This document shows positions 12,183 to 20,571 of a DNA stretch of 51,401 nt, piece by piece (position 1 is the stretch's first letter; each line of letters opens with the position of its first letter). The notes beneath the pieces were generated by a model that made no database searches, was not told the origin of the DNA, and saw only the letters and a program-made list of their open reading frames with translations. A program made the translations under genes and the position numbers. The DNA comes from Candidatus Omnitrophota bacterium (GTDB lineage: Bacteria; Omnitrophota; Gorgyraeia; Aquiviventales; Aquiviventaceae), in NCBI GenBank assembly GCA_016206685.1, contig JACQRB010000060.1:1-51401 (forward strand). The letters are read 5' to 3'.

Positions 12183-13106
12183 TTACCAACGGTGTTGGGC
12201 CACCGCGTCGCCGACCTGCAGCGGGCCCACGGTGTCCGAGCGGATGATGTCGCAGGCCGACATCTCCGGCCGGACGCGGACCACCCGCACCTGGCCGACT
12301 CGCGCCGCCCCTCGGAGGACGTCCAGGGTCATGTCCAAGAGGATGCCATCCTGGCTGCCTCGATCCACCACCACGAACTGATGCGCCTCATTCACCTCCA
12401 CCACCCTCCCCTCCACCGAACTCGCCACGCCCGCTTGATCTTTGCGCACGACGATCGGCGGCAGCTCAACGGTCTGCGAGGCACCCGACGCGGGCAGCGC
12501 GCCCATCGCCGCCGCCTGCGTGGGGCTTGTCGCGCTCACCTGACTCATCGCAGGGGACGTGTTGGGCATGGTGACCACGCTCGTCCGCTCCCGCTCCACG
12601 AGCTCCAACCGCTGGACGAGCCGTTGGTAATCCCGGTCCAGCAAGGTAAAGCGATCGCGCAACCTGCCCGAGATCCGTTCAAGACCCAGCTTGTCCTCCT
12701 CAAGGTGACGGACGTGCGCTTGAGCGGCATCCCGTTCCCGCGCCAACTCCGTCAGCCGCGCCTCCACCCGGACTTTCTCGCCGGCCAACCCGTCGTAGCG
12801 TCCCTGCGCCTCGGCGACCGCGGCGCGCAAGCGTCCCAATTCCGTCGTGGTGGAGAGGAGCTCTTTGCGCGCCTCCTTCAGGCGCGCCTCAAGATCCTGC
12901 CGGTCCGTCTGCAGGCCGGCCAGCTCTTGCTGCAACTGCTGATTCTGCGCGGTCAAGGTTTGGATGAGGCGCTGTTTTTCCCCAAGCTGCGGCCGCAGCA
13001 GCGCCACCTGCCCCACCGACACTGCGGCCAGTCCCCCGAGTCCCACGAAGACCGTGCTCACCAAGAGCGCTTTCGGAGAACGCCCTCCCAGCGACAGCCG
13101 CGCCAT
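12183..13106 (-). CDS. membrane-anchored coiled-coil protein with a small C-terminal beta-barrel-like domain (paralog of 7221-8141)
   Basis: TM anchor ALLVSTVFVGLGGLAAVSV, then a long coiled-coil-like region, then RVVEVNEAHQFVVVDRGSQDGILLDMTLDVL. The C-terminal region aligns position-for-position with that of 7221-8141. Confidence 0.7.
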   Translation of the reverse strand: MARLSLGGRSPKALLVSTVFVGLGGLAAVSVGQVALLRPQLGEKQRLIQTLTAQNQQLQQELAGLQTDRQDLEARLKEARKELLSTTTELGRLRAAVAEAQGRYDGLAGEKVRVEARLTELARERDAAQAHVRHLEEDKLGLERISGRLRDRFTLLDRDYQRLVQRLELVERERTSVVTMPNTSPAMSQVSATSPTQAAAMGALPASGASQTVELPPIVVRKDQAGVASSVEGRVVEVNEAHQFVVVDRGSQDGILLDMTLDVLRGAARVGQVRVVRVRPEMSACDIIRSDTVGPLQVGDAVAQHRW

Positions 13107-13160
13107 CGCGGTTAGGCTCCGCCGTCACCTGGCTGCCACGCCCCAGGGCCGGCCCGCCGT

Positions 13161-14393
13161 CTAGGCCTGAATGAAGATCTCACGGATCACCCAGCAGGCG
13201 GCACCCAGCGCCACGGCGTTCTCGCCGAGTTTGGCCGGTAGAACGTCCACGAGACTGGCCGGTTCCTCATACGCATAGCGTTTCACCGCCCGCCAGATCG
13301 GCTCCAGCAGCAGCGCGCCCGCCTTCTCAATCCCTCCCCCGATCACCACCACCTCGGGATTCAGGAGGTTGACGATCGAGGCGACGCGGATTCCCAACTG
13401 GAGGGCGCCGTGTTCAACCAATTCTTTCGCCAATTGATCCCCTCCCTGGGCCGCCTGGAGGACCGTCTCCATGGTGATGGCCTCCACGTCGCCCTGCGCG
13501 CGCTGCACGATGGCCGTCGGATGGCCCTCGCTCACCAGCTTCTTGGCTTGCGCCGTCAACCCCAGGTCCCAGACGTTCGAGAGGACAAACGCCGGGCTTT
13601 TGACCCACGTCAAGTAGTCATCCTCTGAGGAGACGCACACCCCCAGTTCCCCTGCGCTCCCCCCGGACCCCCAGTAGACATGCCCATGCAGGATCAGGCT
13701 GGCCCCGACATCCGAGTAGAGATAGACCATGTTTTCGACCGGCCGATCCAGACCCAAGCGGTACTCGCCGTAGCCCGCGAGACTGGCGTCGTTGCCGATA
13801 AACACCGGCATCTTGAACTCGGCTTCCCAGCGATCTTGCAGGACGAGGTAGCTGGTGCGGGTGCCGCGGTGAGAGGTGTCCCGAATGGTCCCGGCCCGCT
13901 CATCCAAGATCCCGCCGACGCCGATCGCGGCCCCGCGAATCTTTTTTGGATCAACCGTGGGCGCATTGAGGAGCTCGCGGATGAGCTCGCCCGCATATGT
14001 GAGGGCATGATCCATGCTGTCTACCGAACGCGACCGGGCGATCCGGTGGACAATCACGCCTTTGAGATCGGTGACGACGCCGGTCATGGTAATCTGCGGA
14101 TAATCCATCGGCCCCAGATCCACGCCGATCGCAAAGCCGGCTTTGGCGCTCAGTTCCACCAGGACCGGCTTGCGCCCTCCCGTCGAGACGTCAAAGCCGC
14201 GCTCCACCACCAAGCCCTGCTTGATGAATTCCCCGACGTAGTTGGAGACGGTGACGATGTTAAAGCCGGTGGCCTGGGACAGTTCCGTGCGGGTCAGCGG
14301 ACCGCGCTGGCGGATGACCTCCAGCAAATCCAGGCTCTTTTGCTCGCGCTCGGTCAGGCGATGATCGTTGAGGAGGGGCCGTCGTCGCAGCAT
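13161..14393 (-). CDS. ROK-family transcriptional regulator (NagC/Mlc-like)
   Basis: N-terminal winged-helix segment (LLEVIRQRGPLTRTELSQATGFNIVTVSNYV) followed by a ROK sugar-kinase-like fold with glycine-rich motifs. Confidence 0.85.
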   Translation of the reverse strand: MLRRRPLLNDHRLTEREQKSLDLLEVIRQRGPLTRTELSQATGFNIVTVSNYVGEFIKQGLVVERGFDVSTGGRKPVLVELSAKAGFAIGVDLGPMDYPQITMTGVVTDLKGVIVHRIARSRSVDSMDHALTYAGELIRELLNAPTVDPKKIRGAAIGVGGILDERAGTIRDTSHRGTRTSYLVLQDRWEAEFKMPVFIGNDASLAGYGEYRLGLDRPVENMVYLYSDVGASLILHGHVYWGSGGSAGELGVCVSSEDDYLTWVKSPAFVLSNVWDLGLTAQAKKLVSEGHPTAIVQRAQGDVEAITMETVLQAAQGGDQLAKELVEHGALQLGIRVASIVNLLNPEVVVIGGGIEKAGALLLEPIWRAVKRYAYEEPASLVDVLPAKLGENAVALGAACWVIREIFIQA

Positions 14394-14409
14394 GAGTGAG
14401 GACTATTGT

Positions 14410-16985
14410 TCATCGGTTTAGGAAGTTTGTCAAGGCGGCGGCCGGCGTCGTAGAGGAGGCGTTGCGCCCGGCGGTCTTAGATGCAGCCGATGGCCGTTCC
14501 ATCACGGCCCGCACACGGTGCGTGCGCCCGTCCTGGTGGGGGCTGATCAGATTCCCCGGGATCGGCCGGCCGTCAACGCTGAGGATCACGCGGCCCTGTT
14601 CGAGCCCGTGGGGGTTGAGGATGTCGATCTCGTAGGTCGCCCCGCGGAACGGCCGCACGATCCGCGCGCGGCGCCAGGTCTTCGGCAGGCAGGGATCGAT
14701 GCGCAATCCCTGGTAGTCGCGGCGCACGCCCAGGAGCCACTCTGAAACCGCCATCAAAAACCAGCCCGCGGTGCCGGTGATCCAGGTAAAGGCGCCTTCC
14801 CCGTAGCGGTAGGGATTGTCGGGTCCGACGAGGTATTCCGCAAACGCGTAGGGCTCGGTCTTGTAGAGCTCGTAGTCGGACTGGGTATTAGGCATGATGG
14901 CGCGCATGCGCGTGTGGGCAAGACTGCCGCGACCGGCCATCAGGTCCGCGACGATCATGAAGGTCGCGGCGTGACAGAACACCGCGGCGTTCTCCTTGGT
15001 GCCTTCCGAGAACATGCTGATGCGCCCCAGCGACGGATCCCACTTGGTGTAGGCCGGGGCGAACAGGGCCAGGCCATGGGGTCCGTCGAGATGGCGATCA
15101 ACGCTCGCCAGGAGTTTCTTCCGACGAGCGGCATCCGGGATGCCGGCGAGAATCGCCCACGACTGGGTATTGAGGTAGAGCGATCCCTCGGCGTTGGCCT
15201 TGCAGCCGAACGGCTGCTCCTCATCGGTGAAGCCATAGAGATACCGGTCCCCATCCCACGCGACGGCGTTGATGCGGCGGGCCATCTCCTCGGCGCGCGA
15301 GTGCGCCTGCTGGGCTTTGTTCTCTTCCCCGACGAGCCGGGCCAGCTCCGCGAAGATCTTCAGGCTGCGCACCAGCGCCATCGCCAACCACACCGTCTCA
15401 CCCTTGCCCTTGATGCCCACGGCATCCAGCGCGTCGTTCCAGTCGGCGTGGCCGATGCGCGGCATGCCGTGCGGGCCGGTGTCGTTGAAGGTGAAGTCCA
15501 GGTTGCGCTCCAAGTGCTCGAGCAGCGAACCGCTCCCCTCGGTCGTGGCTCCTTTGTTCCAGCCCAGGTCAATGTCCCAGCCCTTGATCCAGCGGTCTTT
15601 CAGATAGGGGAGCTCCTCGCGCAGGAGCTTCACGTCTCCGGTCTCTTTGACGTAGCCCGCCACGGTCGCGGTCAGCCAGATCGGGTGATCCTTGTTGGGA
15701 CGATGTCCCGCGGGTCCGCCGGTGTCGGACCAGCCCGGCGCGCAGGTGCCGTCGCGGCGGATGAGGCCGCCGAGCTTGAGGATCTTCTGCCGGGCATGCT
15801 GCGGATTGATGAGGCAGATCGCATCCGCATCCTGGCATGAATCGCGATAGCCCCGTCCGCCGGAGCCCTCGTGGAAGTACGACGGTGAGCGGGACCAGAG
15901 GTTGCAGACGTAGACCTCGTACTTCAACCAGCTATTGACGAAGGCGTTGAGCTGTGCGTCGGGCGTGTCAATCTGCATGTTCTCCACCACGCGTGCGCGC
16001 CAGAGGCGCTGCACCGCGGCGAGTTCCTCGCGGGCCTTCGCCACGTCGCGATAGTGCTGCACGAGCTTGCGCGCGTGCGCCTGGGCCCCATCGGTTTGCC
16101 CCATGACGACGGCAAATTCACAGGCCTGTTTGGGCTTGAGCGTCACGCGATGCCGGAAGGCCGCAATCCCATCCTCGCCGGAGCAGACCGGCACGTCGCG
16201 GAACTCGCCGAGCACCATCTCCGGCGACTCCTCGGTGCCTCGATGGCCGAGAAACGCCTCTTTGACCGTCGCCGCGCCCTCCACCGGCAGGCTGGAACCG
16301 AAGAAGGCCACCCCGACAAACGGCTGGATATTCAGATCGCCCCAGGCGGCGGTTTTCTTGGCAAAAATGATCTGCGAGGCCCGGTCATACCACACGCGGT
16401 TATAGAGGTTCATGATGTTGCGGTAGCGCAGTTCCAAGTGGTAATCCCCAAGCTGCCACTCGACATACGGAAACAGCTCCAGCCCTCGCGCCTTTGCCGA
16501 GCGGTTGGTCAGGCGCACCAGCCACACCTCGCAGGGATCCCGGCGCGGGACGAAATACGTCAGCTCGCTCTCGACGCCGTGGTAGCGGGTGCGCACGATG
16601 GTGTAGCCGATCCCGTGCCGCGCCTCAAACGCCTCCGGCGCGACCCGCATGGGCTGGTAGGTCGCGCTCCACACCCACGTTTGACCGTTCTGCTTTTTCT
16701 GCCTTCTGCCTCCTGTTCTCTGATATACAGGTAGCGCCCAGGGCGATCCACCTTGTAGTTCTCAGGCGCCCAGCGGGTGACGCGGTCGGTCCGGCAATCC
16801 TTGTAGAAACTATAGCCGCCCGCGCAATGGGAGATGATGGCGCAGTACTGCTCGTTGGTCAGGTAGTTGATCCACGGCCAGGGCGTGTCCGGCCGTCTCA
16901 TCACAAACTCGTTGTGCTGCGTGTCGAACGCCCCATACCGTGTTAACGGCGATCCCGCTGTCCGCGTCCTGCGTGCTGAGCCCAT
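14410..16985 (-). pseudogene. GH94 glycoside phosphorylase (cellobiose/cellodextrin/chitobiose phosphorylase family), interrupted by a frameshift near 16694-16698
   Basis: The N-terminal part is in the frame of ORF 16560-17210 (YGAFDTQHNEFVMRRPDTPWPWINYL...AGGYSFYKD...VDRPGRYLYIRE). The remainder is in the frame of ORF 14410-16674 (WSATYQP...). The total span is not a multiple of 3. ATG at 16985, with AAGGAGGG upstream. Confidence 0.8.
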
Positions 16986-17014
16986 CGCAATCCGTCTGCC
17001 CTCCTTGCGCGTTG

Positions 17015-20000
17015 CTACTTCCACAGTTGTTCGTAGAGTCGGTACGCCCGGCGCAACTGCCGCAGATACGGACTCACGCGACCATCCCCTTGACTGGCGA
17101 TGCCGAACCACTCCTCGTAATTCTTCCCGTCGGGAAATGGCCCGGACCAGTTCGGCGTCGTCTCCTGGACCGACGGGGAAAACCGCGGGGGCTGGCCGGC
17201 TTTCCACCACTCATCCGTCCAGGCGAAGACCACCCCGCCCAGCGCATTCCCGACGCCCCGTCCCGCCAGGTGATCCTCCAGATCCACCCAGCTGCCGAAA
17301 TGGTAGAGCATCTGATCCCGCTCGCTGATCTCCGGGGGTTTGTTGGCTTGATAGGCGGGGCACCCGAACTCAGTGATGAGGACCGGCTTATCCAGCCACT
17401 GCTGCACCGCTTCGAAGAAGCTGCGCCCGAAGCCATGCGCGCCCCGATAGACGTTGGCGCCGAAGACATCAATCGCGGGAGCCTGCTGGGCGATGAGGTC
17501 CACATACAGCCACTCTCCATTGGCAATCGCCACCGGGTGATGGGGGTCTTCCTTGTGGATCCACTCGGCGAGCTCGTTCAGAAAGGCGTAGAACTCCTTG
17601 GGGTATTGCGCGGCGTTGCCCCGCCCGCCGATGATCCCATGCACCCCGCCGTAGTTGTTCTCGTTGCCCAGGACCCACATCAGGATGTAGGGCTCGTCCT
17701 TGAACTCGCGCACCATCTGCCGCACGCTCTGGGTCATGCGTTTGCGCTGCTGCGGGTCGAGGTAGTTGGTTCCCTCCTCCCATTTCGCGCCGGAGCCGAC
17801 GGTGTACATCCCCACCAGATCCCCCATCAGCACCATGATGCCGTCCTGCTCATAGAGCTGGCGCAGGAGGGCTTTGTTGGACGCGTGATGGTAGAGCCGG
17901 AGCGTGTTGACGCCCAACTCCTTGAGCAACTGGAAGTCGCCGACCGTCGGCTCCTCCGGATCCTGCCGGTTGTTGGCGTTGGCGTCCACGAAGGTATCGA
18001 AGGGCCCGTCCGGCTTGCCGTTCTGATTGCGGTCCGCGGTCATCCAGTCTTTCAGAGTCCCTTCGTCAGGCGATTCGCCCACGGCGCTGGGTTGATATGA
18101 CATCCCGCGGATCACCCAGACCTTCCCATCCACCAGGAGTTGCCAGTGGCGGTTGGCGTACTGCCGCAGCCGCACCCGCCCCTTGCCAAGCTCCCGGCTG
18201 ACCGGCACCTGCGAGAGATCCTGCGAGGGCGGGTTGACCGCCTCGGGCTGGACGCGGACAAGTTGGCCAGGAGAGGCGCTCACGACATCGTTGTCAACGT
18301 CATTGTCGAAGCCGTGCTCCACGACGATCTTTGCGCCTTCCAACCGCAGCCCCAGCTCTGGATGGAGCCGCAAGAGCGCCTCGAGCTTGTCCCGCGCGAC
18401 CACCCCCACGTACCACGGCGTCTGGAACTCGGTCCACCCCACCGTTTCCGGAAAATGCACCAGCACCGCATCATAGGCTTTCACCGCCTGCTGGAGCAGC
18501 CCGGCGCGCTCCAGCGCCATCGCGGTGAAGAACTGCTTGACGCCGGGGGATTCCTGGGAGGAATCCGCCCATTTGAAAAAGCCCAAGGCGACGTTCGGGT
18601 GATACGTGAAATCCCAGACGCTCCCCGTCAGTTGGTCGGCTTCCAGCGCCGCGCGGTACGCCGGATCACGCAGCAGGCTCTGCTCGTTGGGATAAATACC
18701 CTCCCCCACCGCCGCCGCCAGCCCGTCGCGGTCCAGGATCTCGTAACGGTATTGCGGCGTGCCGATGCCATGGAACTGCCCGTAGCGCGCGTAGTCCACC
18801 ACGGGCTCGCTCCCTGGGTCCGCCAGTTGAAACGCCGGCGTCGCATGGCTCAGCGCATCTTGGATGACCGTCGAGACCTTGCGCTCCCACGCGGAGGGCT
18901 GATGTGTGAGAGCTGCCGGCACCGGCGCAGCAGGACGTCGCTCGACCACCACAGAACGGACAGCGCCGACTCGCCGGCTGGGGCGATAGCGGTCCAGCGG
19001 AGTCCCCGCCGCGATGCTCACGAACCCCGGCTCGCGCAACAGATAGGTCGCCTGCACGATCCCTTGCGCGTCCGTCTGCGCCGAGAAGGTTTGCTCGGTA
19101 TGTTCTTGGGGTTCGGCGACGGAATAGCGCACTGCTCGGTCCGCCAAGGGCTGACCGGCCGTATCTTTCACCGCGATGACGGCTTGCATGGAGACCAGCC
19201 CGTCCCCGTCCACTTCATACTGGTCCAGATCCGTCGAAATCGTCAGGGTTGCGGCAGGCTCATGCAGCCCGACCCAGATGAGGCGTTCCTGCTTCACGAG
19301 CGCCTGACCCTGGCCGTCGCGCGCTTCCATGGTCACCCGCAGCGACTTCGGTGAGCGAGCCGATGGCAGCGTCAACTGGGTCTTCCACCAGTGCGGACTC
19401 ACCTGCGTCACCGCTCGCCACTTGCCTCCGGCGACACGAACCCGGATGGACCTCACGGCGTCCGTGGTGTAGACGGCCACCGGCACGCGGTCCTGGTAGA
19501 CATCCTCCCCTGCCGGACTGAGCAGGATGGCGTGGTTATAGGTTTTCAGGGCGTCGTACAGCGGGCGCGGCTCCGGCTCGGTCTGCTCGGCTGACTGAAA
19601 GCGCATGATCCCGAACCACTCCTCCGGATCTTGCGTATCGTGGGTCTGCTCATCCCCGGTGGACTCTGCCTGTTTCCACCACTCATCATTCCACTCAAAC
19701 ACACATGCCCCTTGGGCGCCAGCCTGAAAGACCGCATCCCAGAGCTTCACGACTTCCCGGGCTTGCTCCTCTTCGGTATGCCCGCCGTAGCCGGATCGTC
19801 GTGCCATCGGCGAGACGGACAGCCCCACCTCGGTCACGATGAGGGGTTTACGCCCGGCGGCGGTGCGCTTGAGATACTCGAGGTAGCCGCGAAACGTGAG
19901 GCTGTGGGAGACGCTGGCAGGCTCATAGGGATAGAGGTTGAGCCCAATCAGATCCCAGAACGACAGGTCCAAGGCCGGCAGTTGCGGCCAATTCGCGTAG

Positions 20001-20557
20001 GACACCGGCCGCTGCGGGTCCGCGTCTTTCGCTGTCTGGTACGCCAGGCGCAACAGCGCATTCGTCTGGGATAAGCCCGCGAGGTAGACACGTTCCGGCA
20101 GCAGCTCATTGCCGACCAGGACGGCCAACACGTTGTCACTCTGCGCCGCTCGTTTCACTTCCCTCCGGACGGTGTCCAGCGTGGTCTTCTGGAACGCCTC
20201 GGAGAGGTAATTGCCCCGCTGGTCCACCCAGATGCCCTGGAGGACCATCAGCCCGTATTGCTTCGCCAGCGCCAACTGCTCAGGCGTCAGGGGCGCCCAG
20301 GTGCGCAGGGTGTTGAAGCCCGCCTCGCGAATCTTCGCGAAATCCTTCGCCATCACCTCAAGACTCACCGGCGTGGTCCATGGCAGCTGTCCTGGACGCG
20401 CCGGTGAATAGCCCACCCCCTTGACGAGGAACGCTTCGCCGTCCACGTACAGCCACTGGTCGCGCACTTCGATCCTCGACTCACTACCCCGCTGGGCGCT
20501 CGCCGGCGCCGCGGCACAAACCATCCCTATCAGCAGGCTCAGAATCCAGGTCATCAC
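17015..20557 (-). CDS. secreted 1,180-aa protein with two clan GH-A-like (GH2/GH5-type TIM-barrel) glycoside hydrolase modules
   Basis: Signal peptide MMTWILSLLIGMVCAAAPASAQ. The N-terminal module has VGNELL / VTEVG / FEWNDEWWK. The C-terminal module has LGNENNY / ITEFG / FAWTDEWWK. These match the acid-base NE and nucleophile E spacing expected for clan GH-A. Confidence 0.65.
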   Translation of the reverse strand: MMTWILSLLIGMVCAAAPASAQRGSESRIEVRDQWLYVDGEAFLVKGVGYSPARPGQLPWTTPVSLEVMAKDFAKIREAGFNTLRTWAPLTPEQLALAKQYGLMVLQGIWVDQRGNYLSEAFQKTTLDTVRREVKRAAQSDNVLAVLVGNELLPERVYLAGLSQTNALLRLAYQTAKDADPQRPVSYANWPQLPALDLSFWDLIGLNLYPYEPASVSHSLTFRGYLEYLKRTAAGRKPLIVTEVGLSVSPMARRSGYGGHTEEEQAREVVKLWDAVFQAGAQGACVFEWNDEWWKQAESTGDEQTHDTQDPEEWFGIMRFQSAEQTEPEPRPLYDALKTYNHAILLSPAGEDVYQDRVPVAVYTTDAVRSIRVRVAGGKWRAVTQVSPHWWKTQLTLPSARSPKSLRVTMEARDGQGQALVKQERLIWVGLHEPAATLTISTDLDQYEVDGDGLVSMQAVIAVKDTAGQPLADRAVRYSVAEPQEHTEQTFSAQTDAQGIVQATYLLREPGFVSIAAGTPLDRYRPSRRVGAVRSVVVERRPAAPVPAALTHQPSAWERKVSTVIQDALSHATPAFQLADPGSEPVVDYARYGQFHGIGTPQYRYEILDRDGLAAAVGEGIYPNEQSLLRDPAYRAALEADQLTGSVWDFTYHPNVALGFFKWADSSQESPGVKQFFTAMALERAGLLQQAVKAYDAVLVHFPETVGWTEFQTPWYVGVVARDKLEALLRLHPELGLRLEGAKIVVEHGFDNDVDNDVVSASPGQLVRVQPEAVNPPSQDLSQVPVSRELGKGRVRLRQYANRHWQLLVDGKVWVIRGMSYQPSAVGESPDEGTLKDWMTADRNQNGKPDGPFDTFVDANANNRQDPEEPTVGDFQLLKELGVNTLRLYHHASNKALLRQLYEQDGIMVLMGDLVGMYTVGSGAKWEEGTNYLDPQQRKRMTQSVRQMVREFKDEPYILMWVLGNENNYGGVHGIIGGRGNAAQYPKEFYAFLNELAEWIHKEDPHHPVAIANGEWLYVDLIAQQAPAIDVFGANVYRGAHGFGRSFFEAVQQWLDKPVLITEFGCPAYQANKPPEISERDQMLYHFGSWVDLEDHLAGRGVGNALGGVVFAWTDEWWKAGQPPRFSPSVQETTPNWSGPFPDGKNYEEWFGIASQGDGRVSPYLRQLRRAYRLYEQLWK

Positions 20558-20571
20558 GATGGGGCAGGCGG

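Noticed and set aside
16986-17210. Upstream 75 aa of ORF 16560-17210.
   Set aside because: It overlaps the 3' end of the GH gene and has no resemblance to GH94 N-termini. The homology starts right after the ATG at 16985, which has an upstream AAGGAGGG.
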